In this document: piece after piece, positions 20,182 through 30,639 of the stretch
Position numbering within the stretch: the first letter of the stretch is position 1
Layout of the letters: each line of letters starts with the position of its first letter
NCBI GenBank assembly: GCA_047605925.1
Contig: JASGEY010000028.1
Location: forward strand, 141,156-205,155
DNA: 64,000 nucleotides
From: Microbacterium sp.
Lineage (GTDB): Bacteria > Actinomycetota > Actinomycetes > Actinomycetales > Microbacteriaceae
Direction of reading: 5' to 3'
The notes under the pieces: generated by a model
Told to the model about the DNA's origin: nothing
Seen by the model: the letters and a program-made list of their open reading frames with translations, nothing else
Databases searched by the model: none
Made by a program: the position numbers and the translations under genes

Positions 20182-20907
20182 ATGCCCGAACCCCGCACCT
20201 TCCGCGATGAGCCGGTGTCTTTTGTTCGTCGCAGCGGCCGGATGTCCGACGCACAGGAGCGGGCATTCGCTGAACTTGCCCCGCACTACCTGCTTGACGT
20301 GCCGAGAGACGTCGCCTGGACAAGTGTGCACCCTGAGGCGCGGCTCGACCCGACTGCGGAGTTCGGGCGCGATGCCGAGCTGATCGTCGAGATCGGCTCA
20401 GGTCAGGGGCACGCGATCGTGGCTGCGGCGTCATCCCGCCCCGACCACGATTTCCTTGCCGTTGAGGTGTTCCGAGCCGGGCTTGCGCGTACGATGCTCG
20501 ACGCCGATCGCGCCGGCGCCCGCAATCTCCGTGTGATCGAGGCGAATGCGCCCGAAGTTCTCTCCTCGTACCTGCTCGAAGCTGCGGCCGCCGAGGTCTG
20601 GATCTTCTTTCCTGATCCGTGGCACAAGAAGAAGCACACGAAACGCCGGCTTGTGCGGGATGGCTTCGGGGCGACGGTGGCGCGTGCGCTCAAAGACGGC
20701 GGACTGTTGCGACTCGCAACCGACTGGGAAGAGTACGCCGTGCAGATGCGCGAGGTGCTCGACGCCGAACCGCTGTTCGAGCGCGCCTTCGAGGGGGAGT
20801 GGGGCGTCCGTTTCGATGGTCGGGTGATGACGGCTTTCGAGCGCAAGGGGATCGCGAAGGGACGGGACATCCGTGATCTCGTCTACCGTCGCGTGTCGAG
20901 GGCATGA
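20182..20907 (+). CDS. trmB: tRNA (guanine46-N7)-methyltransferase
   Basis: EIGSGQG, FFPDPWHKKKHTKRR, ATDWEEY, TAFERKG. Confidence 0.95.
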   Translation: MPEPRTFRDEPVSFVRRSGRMSDAQERAFAELAPHYLLDVPRDVAWTSVHPEARLDPTAEFGRDAELIVEIGSGQGHAIVAAASSRPDHDFLAVEVFRAGLARTMLDADRAGARNLRVIEANAPEVLSSYLLEAAAAEVWIFFPDPWHKKKHTKRRLVRDGFGATVARALKDGGLLRLATDWEEYAVQMREVLDAEPLFERAFEGEWGVRFDGRVMTAFERKGIAKGRDIRDLVYRRVSRA

Positions 20908-20965
20908 TGATGGGTTGACCGTGGGGTGAGCGCTGGGTGGTGGCGCACGGTGGCAGAATCGAGCC

Positions 20966-21358
20966 ATGCTCATCGCCGGACTCATCCTCGCCGCAGCCTC
21001 AGCGGCATTCCACGTCTTTATCTTCGCCCTCGAGTCCCTCAAGTGGACTGAGCCTGAGACGCGCAAGATCTTCGGCGTAGCCAGCGAGGCGGATGCCGTG
21101 ACGATGAAGCAGCTGGCGTTCAACCAGGGCTTCTACAACCTCTTCCTGGCCATCACGGCTCTCATCGGTGTCGGCCTGGTCATCGTCGGTGCACCCACTG
21201 TCGGGCTGACGCTGGTCTTCGCCGGCACCGGCATGATGCTCGCGGCGGCGCTCGTTCTGGTGCTTTCAGATCGCACGAAGGCGCGCGCGGCGTTCATGCA
21301 GGGAACGCTGCCGCTGCTCACAGTTGTCGCTAGCGGAATCGGCGCGGCGGTCGGCTGA
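20966..21358 (+). CDS. DUF1304 family membrane protein
   Basis: HVFIFALES, AFNQGFYNLFLA, QG motif. Confidence 0.88.
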   Translation: MLIAGLILAAASAAFHVFIFALESLKWTEPETRKIFGVASEADAVTMKQLAFNQGFYNLFLAITALIGVGLVIVGAPTVGLTLVFAGTGMMLAAALVLVLSDRTKARAAFMQGTLPLLTVVASGIGAAVG

Positions 21359-21542
21359 GTGCGACGACACGCTGGCGCAGAATGGTGCGCCGCCGAGCCG
21401 GGTCCCCCGCCGCGGATCACTGAGATAGAGCTCGTGGTGACGTCCGGTCAGTGCAACACGCAGAGTGCTTCAGCGAGGGTCTCGAGCCGGACGTGATCGA
21501 CCGGGGCCGAGGCGGATTCCCGCAGCGCCGCAGATGGCGATG

Positions 21543-21561
21543 GGAGATAAGGTTTACCTTA
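21543..21561. promoter_or_regulatory. Putative IdeR/DtxR iron box upstream of irtA
   Basis: GGAGATAAGGTTTACCTTA, 12/19 to consensus, containing the perfect palindrome TAAGGT-TT-ACCTTA. Confidence 0.65.
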
Positions 21562-21616
21562 GTAGTGGATGGACATGCCGCCGTCGACGCACAGATGACA
21601 CATAACGGGGAGAACG

Positions 21617-24247
21617 ATGGCCAAGCGGGGCTTCACCGGGGTGATGATGCGCGCCTACGGCGCACAGGACCACGAAGCGATCGTGACGGGGACCGAGTAT
21701 CTCGCCGCGCACTTCCTTCGGGTGCGGATGACGTCTCACACGCTGCTGAATGATGCCGTCGTTGCGCCGACGGCTTATTTGCGATTCTGGTTCCCGGACC
21801 CGGACGATTCCGCTGTGGAGCATCAACGCGGGTACACCCTGTCCGAAGCGAATGCCGCCACCGGTGAGTTCGCAGTCGACTTCGTGCTGCACGAGCCGGC
21901 GGGACCGGCGTCGACGTGGGCGAGTCGTGCTGAGCCCGGCACCGCTGTGCAGGTGACCTCTCTTGGCTCTACCCGGTTCGATCCTCCCCAGGAGTTGCCG
22001 GCTGGGTATCTGCTGATCGGCGATGCCGCATCGATCCCGGCGATCAACGGAATCCTCGGCAGCATTCCCGCAGAGGTCCCCGTTGAGGTGTATCTCGAGG
22101 AGCACCAGGACGAAGATCGTGACATTCCGCTGATGACGCATCCGCGAGCCAACCTGTACTGGGTGCCCCGGCGGGGTGAGCGCTCCCTGGCGAACGCGAT
22201 CGAAGCGCGCGACTGGTCGGACTGGTATGTCTGGACCGCGCCTGAGGCTGGTTCGTTGAAGCACCTTCGAACCCGGCTTCGGGACGAGTTCGGGTTCCCT
22301 CGAAGTGAGACGCATGCACAGGCGTATTGGTACCACGGGCGTGCTTTCGGGTCGAACCGCTCCACAGCGGTGCCAGAAGCGGAACCAGGCGAGGCCGACG
22401 CTGTGGTGACCGCACCGGAGGAAAATGCGCAGCCCGATGCTCTCGCCGCAGCGGCGGCGCGAGGATCCTGGCAAGCTCAGGCCGCAGGGCGCCTCATCGC
22501 GCCGCTGCGCTCCCGCCTGATCATTGGTGGAGTTGTGCAGGCGCTGGTGACCCTTGTGCAGCTCGCGCCGTTCGTGCTGCTGGTCGAGCTGTCACGTCTC
22601 ATGCTGTCGGGTGCCCAAGCCGCCGAACTGTGGACCGTTGGGGTCTGGGCTGTCGCACTCATGGGAGCGGGCGTGGTGCTGGGCGTTGGGCTTCTCACCT
22701 GGTCACACTGGGTCGACGCCAGCTTCGCCACACAGCTGCGGCACCGCCTGCTGACGAAACTGTCTCGACTACCGCTCGGCTGGTTCGACGCGCGGGGTTC
22801 GGGGCAGGTCAAGCAGGTTGTGCAGGATGACACGCTGGCCCTGCACTATCTCGTGACGCACGCGGTGCCAGATGCCGTGGCCGCGGTAGTCGCCCCGGTT
22901 GCCGTACTGGTGTACCTCTTCGTCGTCGACTGGCGCATCGCGCTGCTGCTTCTGCTCCCCGTGGTCGTCTACCTGGTCGCGACGATGATCATGGTGGTCC
23001 AGTCGGGTCCGAAAACGACCGAGGCGATGCGGTGGTCTGAGCGGATGAACGTCGAGTCCGGAGGATACCTGGACGGCCAGTCGGTCATCAGGGTGTTCGG
23101 CGGAGCCGCGGCATCCGCTTTCCGAAGCCGTCTTAGCGAGTACATTCGCTTCCTCGACGGTTGGCAGCGACCGCTGTCAGGGCAGAAGCTTTTCAGTGAC
23201 ATGGTGACGCGTCCTGCTACTTTCCTGCTCCTGATCTGTGGCCTCGGCACTGTGCTGATCACGGCGGGCGCGATGGATCCGGTGTCATTGCTGCCGTTTC
23301 TTCTTCTGGGCACGACCTTCGGCGCGCGCTTGCTTGGCATCGGCTACGGGCTCGCGGGGCTTCGAACGGGTCTACTCGCCGCTCGCCGCATCCAGGTGAC
23401 CCTCGACGACGACGAGCTCCCGATCGTCGAGAACAGCGCCGGCTCATCATCGCCGGTCGCTGGGCGTGTCGAGTTCGACCGGGTCGGGTTCTCGTATCGC
23501 CCAGGAGTTCCTGTGCTTCAGGAGATATCCCTCGCGCTGGAGCCGGGCACGGTGACGGCGCTCGTCGGGTCCTCAGGGTCAGGAAAATCGACGCTCGCTT
23601 CTCTCCTTGCCCGATTCAACGACGTCCAAGATGGCGCGATCCGCATCGATGGCCGAGACATTCGAGAGCTCACCGCCGATGAGCTGTACGCGCGGGTGGG
23701 CTTCGTGTTTCAGCAGACTCAGCTGGTGCACGGCACCGTGCGGGAGAACATCGCGCTCGCCGTTCCCGATGCGGATGACGAGCGGATCGAGGCTGCGGCG
23801 CGAGCTGCGCAGATCCACGATCGCATCGTGCGTATGAAAGACGGCTACGACACCGTGCTGGGCCCTGATGCCGCGCTGTCCGGCGGGGAGCGACAGCGAC
23901 TGACGATCGCCCGCGCGATCCTCGCTGACACCGCGGTGCTCGTTTTGGATGAAGCAACCGCCTTTGCCGACCCGGAGTCCGAGTACCTCGTGCAGAAGGC
24001 ACTGAACCGGCTGACCGAAGAACGCACGGTGCTCGTGATCGCGCACAGGCTGCACACGATCACCGGAGTCGACCAAATCGTCGTTCTCGACCACGGGCGA
24101 GTGGTGGAGAGCGGCTCCCATCTCGAGCTGCTGAAAAAGGGCGGTCGCTATCGCGCCCTCTGGGAGGCGGATGCTGGCCGACAAGCCGAACTGACGGATG
24201 CCGGCGTGTTCGAGGCAGAGACCAAGACAGAAAGCGTCGACCGATGA
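21617..24247 (+). CDS. irtA: IrtA-like siderophore ABC importer (N-terminal siderophore-interacting/FAD reductase domain + TMD + NBD)
   Basis: N-terminus ([51 protein letters not shown]) closely follows M. tuberculosis IrtA as I recall it; [29 protein letters not shown]. Confidence 0.88.
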   Translation: MAKRGFTGVMMRAYGAQDHEAIVTGTEYLAAHFLRVRMTSHTLLNDAVVAPTAYLRFWFPDPDDSAVEHQRGYTLSEANAATGEFAVDFVLHEPAGPASTWASRAEPGTAVQVTSLGSTRFDPPQELPAGYLLIGDAASIPAINGILGSIPAEVPVEVYLEEHQDEDRDIPLMTHPRANLYWVPRRGERSLANAIEARDWSDWYVWTAPEAGSLKHLRTRLRDEFGFPRSETHAQAYWYHGRAFGSNRSTAVPEAEPGEADAVVTAPEENAQPDALAAAAARGSWQAQAAGRLIAPLRSRLIIGGVVQALVTLVQLAPFVLLVELSRLMLSGAQAAELWTVGVWAVALMGAGVVLGVGLLTWSHWVDASFATQLRHRLLTKLSRLPLGWFDARGSGQVKQVVQDDTLALHYLVTHAVPDAVAAVVAPVAVLVYLFVVDWRIALLLLLPVVVYLVATMIMVVQSGPKTTEAMRWSERMNVESGGYLDGQSVIRVFGGAAASAFRSRLSEYIRFLDGWQRPLSGQKLFSDMVTRPATFLLLICGLGTVLITAGAMDPVSLLPFLLLGTTFGARLLGIGYGLAGLRTGLLAARRIQVTLDDDELPIVENSAGSSSPVAGRVEFDRVGFSYRPGVPVLQEISLALEPGTVTALVGSSGSGKSTLASLLARFNDVQDGAIRIDGRDIRELTADELYARVGFVFQQTQLVHGTVRENIALAVPDADDERIEAAARAAQIHDRIVRMKDGYDTVLGPDAALSGGERQRLTIARAILADTAVLVLDEATAFADPESEYLVQKALNRLTEERTVLVIAHRLHTITGVDQIVVLDHGRVVESGSHLELLKKGGRYRALWEADAGRQAELTDAGVFEAETKTESVDR

Positions 24248-25977
24248 TCCGCACCTTGCTCGCGATCCTGCCGTCCGGCAGTGGGCGCACCATCGCGCTT
24301 CACCTCCTCCTGACTGCTGTTGGTGTGGCGCTGCGCGCAGCGGGCGCCGTTGTGCTCGTTCCGCTCGTTGCCGCACTTTTCAGTGGCGATCCCACGCAGG
24401 CCTGGCCGTGGTTGGGGGCGCTGACCGCAGTCACTGCAGCGGGATGGACTGCGGACTCCGCTGCGGCACGGCGCGGATTCGATCTCGGTTTCGGTCTCCT
24501 CGACACAGGACAGCGCACCCTCGCCGATCGGATCACCCGCATCCGGCTGACCTGGTTCGACGCGGACAACACAGCGACCGCGCGGCAGGCGGTCGCGGCG
24601 ACCGGACCTGACCTGGTCGGGTTGATCGTGTATCTCGTGACGCCGCTGATCGGGGCGTTCCTGTTGCCTATCGCGATCGCGATAGGCCTGCTGTCGATCT
24701 CTGCTCCTCTCGGGATCGCTGCGCTGTGCGGAGTGCCGGTTCTTCTCGGGGCGTTCTGGGCTGCAACACGATTCGGTCGCGACGCCGACCGTGCGGCACA
24801 CGACGCAAACAGCGTTTTGACGGAGCGCATCCTCGAGTTCGCCCGCACCCAGCAGGCGCTGCGTGCTGCTCGGCGGGTGGAGCCCGCTCGCAGTCACGCT
24901 GGGGCCGCGCTGAGTGCGCAGCACGGAGCGACCGTGCGCCTGCTGCTCCTGCAGATTCCTGGTCAGTTGGTCTTCGGCATCGCCAGCCAGCTTGCGCTCC
25001 TGTTGTTGGCCGGCACCATCGTCGCGCTCGCCATCGACAATGCTGTAACGATTCCCGAAGCCATCGCGCTGATCGTCGTTGTCATCCGATATCTGGAGCC
25101 ATTCACCGCTGTTGCCGAGCTGTCACCGGGGCTTGCGGCGAGCCTCGGCACGCTCCGGCGCATCCGTGACGTGCTGCAGGCGCCGCAGACCCTCAGCGGT
25201 CGGGAGAGCATTCAGGCGCACGCGGCTCCGAGGATCGAGTTGCGTGGCGTCCGCTTCGGCTACGGCAATTCTGAGGCGCATGTGCTGGATGGCTTCGACC
25301 TCGTGCTGGAGCCGGGAACCACGACGGCGATCGTCGGTCCGTCGGGGTCAGGTAAGAGCACGATCCTCTCGCTCATCGCGGGCTTGCACGATCCTGCGGC
25401 AGGCAGCGTGCTCTTGGACGGCGTCGATGCGGCCGACCTCGACGTTGACTCGCGCCGTGAGCTGGTCACGATGGTGTTCCAGCATCCGTATCTGTTTGAT
25501 GGCAGCATCCGTCATAACGTCCTCGCTGGTGCGCCAGAGGCCGGTGACGATGAGCTGACGAAGGTTTCCCGCCTTGCCAGGATCGACGCACTGGTGACCC
25601 GCCTTCCTGAAGGCTGGGACAGTCGCGTTGGTGAAGCCGGGGGCGCGCTGTCTGGTGGGGAGCGTCAGCGCGTCTCGATCGCGCGCGCTCTGCTGAAGCC
25701 TGCGCCGGTGCTGCTCGTCGACGAGGCCACGAGCGCGCTGGACACCGAGAACGAGGCGGCCATCACGGACGCGCTTGTCGCCGACCCTGTTTCGCGGACT
25801 CGGGTAATTGTCGCCCATCGTCTGAGCAGCATTCGCAACGCCGACAGAGTCGTGTTCGTTGAGGACGGCCGGATCGTCGAGGACGGCACGGTCGATGCAC
25901 TTCTGAGCGCAGGGGGCAGGTTCGCCGAGTTCTGGCGCCAGCAGGACACGGTCAGCGCGTGGCGGCTCGGTGGGTGA
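24244..25977 (+). CDS. irtB: IrtB-like ABC half-transporter (TMD + NBD)
   Basis: MIRT start, [44 protein letters not shown]; ATGA overlap with irtA. Confidence 0.85.
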   Translation: MIRTLLAILPSGSGRTIALHLLLTAVGVALRAAGAVVLVPLVAALFSGDPTQAWPWLGALTAVTAAGWTADSAAARRGFDLGFGLLDTGQRTLADRITRIRLTWFDADNTATARQAVAATGPDLVGLIVYLVTPLIGAFLLPIAIAIGLLSISAPLGIAALCGVPVLLGAFWAATRFGRDADRAAHDANSVLTERILEFARTQQALRAARRVEPARSHAGAALSAQHGATVRLLLLQIPGQLVFGIASQLALLLLAGTIVALAIDNAVTIPEAIALIVVVIRYLEPFTAVAELSPGLAASLGTLRRIRDVLQAPQTLSGRESIQAHAAPRIELRGVRFGYGNSEAHVLDGFDLVLEPGTTTAIVGPSGSGKSTILSLIAGLHDPAAGSVLLDGVDAADLDVDSRRELVTMVFQHPYLFDGSIRHNVLAGAPEAGDDELTKVSRLARIDALVTRLPEGWDSRVGEAGGALSGGERQRVSIARALLKPAPVLLVDEATSALDTENEAAITDALVADPVSRTRVIVAHRLSSIRNADRVVFVEDGRIVEDGTVDALLSAGGRFAEFWRQQDTVSAWRLGG

Positions 25978-26194
25978 CGGTGTCCCAGGCGAAGACACGA
26001 GAGACCCGCCGATGGCCGGGATCTCGGCTCAGCTGCTGACGTTCGTCGCGACGGGGCTGTCAGCCGTGTCGCGACCAGTTGCAAAGTGCAAGAGCGTGGA
26101 GAGAAAGTGCACCCGCGTGCAGTGTCTGATAACTTTTCCGGAGATCCCGCAATATGCGGTCAGGGAAACACAGCCCTCCGGTCGTGGCGTGAAC

Positions 26195-26610
26195 GGAGCC
26201 GCTGGCTTTTTTCGGACAGGATTTCCGGTTGTTTATGCGGCGAGATTTCTTGCCTGCGAGGCAGCCCCGACTTCGTTCGGTGTTTGATATCCGAGTGCTG
26301 AGTTGAGACGCTTCTGGTTATATTGTTGCTCGGTGAATCGAGCCCGATTGACCCACTCGTAGTACCCCGACCGGGACATCTTCGCCAACCGGCACATGCT
26401 GCTGATCGGAATGTTGCCTTCTTCGGAAGAAATGAACGCGTACTTCACGCTCACTGCGATTTCTTCGCGAGGAGGGCCGTCGCTTTTCCCAGGAACTCGT
26501 TCTTCATCCACAGCTCCAGGGTCTCCCGCTCGAGTTCTTTCAGCCGCGGCCGTTCCGACAACGGGAACTCAGGCTCCCCACCCGGATGCTGTCATACGCG
26601 TCCCACGTCG
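26195..26610 (-). mobile_element. Degenerate, internally deleted IS3-family element
   Basis: Minus strand: OrfA tail (SERPRLKELERETLELWMKNEFLGKATALLAKKSQ*) coupled by GTGA to an OrfB start (KYAFI..MCRLAKMSRSGYYEW) fused directly to the OrfB end (YNQKRLNSALGYQTP); IR-like GGAGCCGCTGGCTTTTTTCGGACA at 26195-26218. Confidence 0.85.
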
Positions 26611-26735
26611 ACGCGCCTGCACATCAGTTCTGTATTACGCAATATGACGTAATTCGCGCCTCTCGCACGGCGACGATCTCTCGGTGAACTCCAGGAGATG
26701 CGGCGAACATGCAAGGCGCCCGTGTAATCGCAGTT

Positions 26736-26765
26736 TTGACAGGGACCGTAACCGAACTCTAGGAT
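26736..26765 (+). promoter_or_regulatory. Housekeeping-sigma-type promoter of the flavoenzyme-DMT-ATP-grasp cassette
   Basis: TTGACA (26736-26741), 18-bp spacer, TAGGAT (26760-26765); about 55 bp before the TTG start. Confidence 0.65.
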
Positions 26766-26819
26766 TCGAGCGTCGTAGTCCAGCAAGACGAGGGTCATCA
26801 ATGCAACGAGAAATTTAGG

Positions 26820-28292
26820 TTGGACAGTAGCCGCGTGCGGATTGCTGTGGTTGGCGTCGGCGCTGCAGGATTGGCCATGTCGTTCGCGCTCACTGAACGG
26901 ATTGGCGAGTCGTTCAATATGACGCTCTTCGACCCCAGCTTCCAACGCGAGCACCGCGTCGCGCGCGGGTTCCCGTACCAGCCCGACGACATCGAGCCGC
27001 TGCTGAATGCGCCTGCCAGGATGATGTCGGTGAAGTCGGGGGATGAGCATCACTTCCTCCGATGGCTTGATCGCAGCCGCGGAACCTCCTCCGAACTGAA
27101 CCCATACGTGTCCCGTCCAACGTTCGGCACCTACCTCAGGGAGTCCTTCGCGGAGCTGCGTCAGGTTTGGAACAGTCGAGACGGCGTGCTGCATTGCGTC
27201 CCCGAAGAAGTGCTCGAGCTCACTGGTGCCCCTGGGGACTACACGCTCCGAACCGGAGGCGCCATCTACTTCGGCTTCGATCACGTCATCCTCTGTCTCG
27301 GATGGAGTGCTAAGACGTCTGAGCAACCTGAAGGCCACCTGGCGGCTTACCCCCTGGCAACCGCCCTCGAAGGTGCCCTGGCGGTGGACCACGTTGGAAT
27401 CATCGGGACCGGACTGACATCCGTCGATGTAATCCGTGGTCTCCTGCTCCGAGGTTTCCAGGGCAAGATCACTGCGGCGTCCCGCCGTGGTTTGCTTCCC
27501 GCAGCCCGCAATGAGGCGGGCGCGATTGAACTCAAGCTCTACACCAGGGATGCGTTGCGAGGGCGAGATCACATGTCCCTGAGTGAGAGCCTCACGCTCC
27601 TGCGCGCCGAAGCTGACCTCCAGGGAGTAGCTCTCACGGTTCCTTCGTCAATGATGCGCGGCATACATGACCAGTCGCAGCATGTCGAGTACCTGAGCAG
27701 CGGATTACACGATAGCTGGAGTGACCTGTTCGTGAAGCTCTGTGATGAGAGTGCATGTGACACGTGGAACCTCTTCGACGTCGCGAGCCGAAGGGCTTTC
27801 CGCCAGCTTCTCCACCCATACTTTCAGGTGTGGTGCAACCCCATGCCGCCCTCAACCGCCAGGCTCCTGCGCGATGCGATTGCGGCGGGACAGCTCGAGG
27901 TTCGATCCGGGCTAGCGGCGGTCCAAGGGCGTGGCTTCGCGTTCAATGATGGCGTGCGTACGCAGACGCAGGTCGTGATCGACGCCTCACGGCAAGCGAG
28001 TGCGTCGATTGCCAGTGTGGACACGGAGTTGTTGACCGGGATGCGTCGCAGCGGGCTTGTCGTGCCCGATGCGTTCGGTGGAGTGCAGGTGAAGTACGGC
28101 ACATGGGAAGTGCTGTCGGAATCGGGCAATGCTCAGAACGTGTACGCAGTCGGAAGCCTCACGCAAGGCCCTCGCTACTACGTGAGCGCACTCGACAGCA
28201 TCGTCAGAGCAGTATCCGAGGTGGCGGGCGCCATCAGCAACCGGGTAGGAAACAGCATCCGTGCGTCGGCCACGATCAGCGGTGTCCTGTGA
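26820..28292 (+). CDS. FAD/NAD(P)-binding flavoprotein (NAD_binding_9-type, putative monooxygenase)
   Basis: VVGVGAAG, RGFPY..LLNAPARMMS..HFLRWL..VSRPTFGTYL, second Rossmann IGTGLTSVD, SRRGLLP, VYAVGSLTQG; start codon uncertain. Confidence 0.8.
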   Translation: MDSSRVRIAVVGVGAAGLAMSFALTERIGESFNMTLFDPSFQREHRVARGFPYQPDDIEPLLNAPARMMSVKSGDEHHFLRWLDRSRGTSSELNPYVSRPTFGTYLRESFAELRQVWNSRDGVLHCVPEEVLELTGAPGDYTLRTGGAIYFGFDHVILCLGWSAKTSEQPEGHLAAYPLATALEGALAVDHVGIIGTGLTSVDVIRGLLLRGFQGKITAASRRGLLPAARNEAGAIELKLYTRDALRGRDHMSLSESLTLLRAEADLQGVALTVPSSMMRGIHDQSQHVEYLSSGLHDSWSDLFVKLCDESACDTWNLFDVASRRAFRQLLHPYFQVWCNPMPPSTARLLRDAIAAGQLEVRSGLAAVQGRGFAFNDGVRTQTQVVIDASRQASASIASVDTELLTGMRRSGLVVPDAFGGVQVKYGTWEVLSESGNAQNVYAVGSLTQGPRYYVSALDSIVRAVSEVAGAISNRVGNSIRASATISGVL

Positions 28293-29242
28293 TGGTGGCA
28301 GGTGTGAGGCGAGCGACGCTGATCACAGGGCTGACTATCGTCGCCATCGCCACAGCGTGGCAGGCCATCGGAACCGCGATCATCGGCGCATTGAGCACTC
28401 CGGCAGTCTCTGCGGTGCTGTCGTTCATCGCGTTCGCATCCGCAGCCGTCTATTGCACGGCGCACGCTCTCATCTCCGGGCGCGGCGCGCTCATTCGCGG
28501 GTTGCTCCGCGCTGGAACCTCTCTGCGCCTGGTGATCGTGCAGAACATCATGACCGCAGGGGTCTTCGTGTGCTTCTACTTCTGCCTGGCATTCGTGCCG
28601 GCTACCGCCGCGAGTGTCATCGAGGCCGGAATCGGGCCACTCGTCGCGGCCTTGGCGACAGTCCGCCTCGGACGTGTGGGATCCGCACGGCGATTCATCT
28701 TCCCCCTCGTCACAGCCCTGATTGCAGCGGTGATAGTCGTGCTCTCCTTGGAAGCGTCCTCGCGGCATGCGTCGACCCACTTCGTCGGCGTCCTTCTCGC
28801 GATATGCGCCGGACTGTGCGGGGTCGGCGTCGTATTGTGCTCGATGAAGCTTGTCGAACGGGGGTTCACCGCCACCGGCATCAACGCGACTCGGTTCCAC
28901 GGGGCGTGGATCGTCAGCGGAGTCGCGGTGATCGCAGGCGGTGTCCCTCAGGAGGCTGTGAACCTTCCGCTGCTCCTCATCGTGGGGGTCGCGCTGGGGG
29001 CGGCGCCTCTGGTCGTTCTCCAGTTCGGCATCACGCGCTCCCAGCCACTCCCGACCGAGCTGGTGATGTCCAGCCTCCCTGCGCTCGTTTTCGTGAGCGA
29101 GAGCATCATCACCCAGACGTTCGACGGGGGCACCGCAACGTGGATGCTCGCACTGCTGGCGTGCTCGGCCCTCGCCGTTTTCTCGGAGCAGCGCTACGCC
29201 AAGCAGCATTACGACCCCGTGCCAGCTGAGCTCATACCCTGA
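28292..29242 (+). CDS. DMT/EamA-like membrane exporter
   Basis: About 10 hydrophobic segments in two repeats; VPATAASVIEAGIGP motif; TGATG coupling to the upstream stop. Confidence 0.7.
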   Translation: MVAGVRRATLITGLTIVAIATAWQAIGTAIIGALSTPAVSAVLSFIAFASAAVYCTAHALISGRGALIRGLLRAGTSLRLVIVQNIMTAGVFVCFYFCLAFVPATAASVIEAGIGPLVAALATVRLGRVGSARRFIFPLVTALIAAVIVVLSLEASSRHASTHFVGVLLAICAGLCGVGVVLCSMKLVERGFTATGINATRFHGAWIVSGVAVIAGGVPQEAVNLPLLLIVGVALGAAPLVVLQFGITRSQPLPTELVMSSLPALVFVSESIITQTFDGGTATWMLALLACSALAVFSEQRYAKQHYDPVPAELIP

Positions 29243-29282
29243 TCTTTGACCACCCGCCCAATACCTTCTTGGAGAATTGCCT

Positions 29283-30545
29283 ATGCCCACCTCTGTCCTT
29301 GTGATCGATCCCGAATCTGCAGGCATTGACCTGATTGCTGAGCTCCAGGGTCGGGAAGTCGAGGTGACGACATGGACACAGGACGTGCCATACGTCCATT
29401 CGGAGAGAGGCGAGCACGCACTCGACGCAGAACTGGTCGCCCTGGCGAAGAGCGGAGACTTCGACGCAGTAATCGCAGGAGGCGAGAGCGGAGTGTCCGC
29501 GGCCGAGCTCCTGGCATCCGTACTCGGTCACCGTGCTTCCGACCCCTCCTTCATCTTCCATCGTCGCGACAAGAACGGGATGGTGTCCTGCATTCGAGAG
29601 GCGGGACTGCGAGCATCTCGAAGCGTCGTCATCCATGACGCCGCAGAGCTCGTGTCCGCATTGGCGGCAACCGGCCTTCCTGCTGTGCTGAAGCCGACGA
29701 ACAGCGCCGGGAGCGACCTTGTACGGGTCGTGAAGACTCAGCCGGAAGCAGAAGAGCATGCGGCAGAGGTCCTCGGCAGCACATCAATCCTCGGGCTTGA
29801 GAACCACGGCTTCGTGGTGCAGGAGTACCTGGATGGGCCACAGTTCCACATCAATACAGTGGTCGTCGATGGCGCGCACCTGGTGACGGAGGTGTACTCC
29901 GACCTGTTCCGGATGGTTGATGGCGCCCCGCAGCTGTATGGGGGGCGGACCTACCGATATGACGACCCGCAGATCGCCGGCGTGATCGACTACACGATCG
30001 CCTGTATGGACGCGCTGGGCGTTCGTGAAGGGTCGACGCACTCAGAGGTGCGCGTGACTGCGGACGGACCTGTGCTCGTCGAGTTCAACGGCAGGTTGAT
30101 GGGGCCCTGCCAGCCGACCGATTACTTCGTGAAGGCTCAGAGCTACAGTCAGGCGACGGTGTGGGCCGATGTCCTCGCCGGACGCGCCGCTGAGGCCCGC
30201 GCGGTTGTTGAGCGGCGCGACCCGCAGGTCACCCTCGGGTTCTACATGCTCAGTGCAGCCAACGCGGGGACACTGACTAAATTGGACGAATCGTCCCTGC
30301 GCACACTTGCCTCGTACCGAGGGGTGTTCAACGCTCCGCAGGTCGGCGACGTGGTGACCGTGGAGAACCGAACGACGACCGCCGAGATCGGAATCGTCTT
30401 CCTCGCTCAGAACGATGAGAGGCAGGTCGATGATGACATCAAGCGGATCAAGGAGCTCGAGCTCGCCGGCGAGATCCACGCGGTCAGCGCGATGCCACCC
30501 AGCGCCGCGAAGCCGCTCGCATACTCACGCACTCCCGGAACCTGA
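29283..30545 (+). CDS. ATP-grasp L-amino-acid ligase-like protein (NikS/DdaF/BacD-like)
   Basis: VIAGGESGV, RRDKNGM, VLKPTNSAGSD, VQEYLDGPQFHIN, THSEVR, LVEFNGRLMG; GGAG RBS before ATG at 29283. Confidence 0.85.
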   Translation: MPTSVLVIDPESAGIDLIAELQGREVEVTTWTQDVPYVHSERGEHALDAELVALAKSGDFDAVIAGGESGVSAAELLASVLGHRASDPSFIFHRRDKNGMVSCIREAGLRASRSVVIHDAAELVSALAATGLPAVLKPTNSAGSDLVRVVKTQPEAEEHAAEVLGSTSILGLENHGFVVQEYLDGPQFHINTVVVDGAHLVTEVYSDLFRMVDGAPQLYGGRTYRYDDPQIAGVIDYTIACMDALGVREGSTHSEVRVTADGPVLVEFNGRLMGPCQPTDYFVKAQSYSQATVWADVLAGRAAEARAVVERRDPQVTLGFYMLSAANAGTLTKLDESSLRTLASYRGVFNAPQVGDVVTVENRTTTAEIGIVFLAQNDERQVDDDIKRIKELELAGEIHAVSAMPPSAAKPLAYSRTPGT

Positions 30546-30639
30546 AGGGCAGGGTGCCCGTTGTCTGTGAACCCGGGACAACGGTGTTGATGCGGATGCC
30601 CTGGCATGCGAGTGGATCTGCAGCATGGCGGGTCAGAGC

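Noticed and set aside
21382-21400. TGGTGCGCC as an att-site duplicate of the tRNA-Arg 3' end
   Set aside because: Match is too short and imperfect to distinguish from chance.
26815-26833. IdeR box at the flavoenzyme start
   Set aside because: Only the half-site TTAGGTT matches (9/19 overall), with no dyad symmetry.
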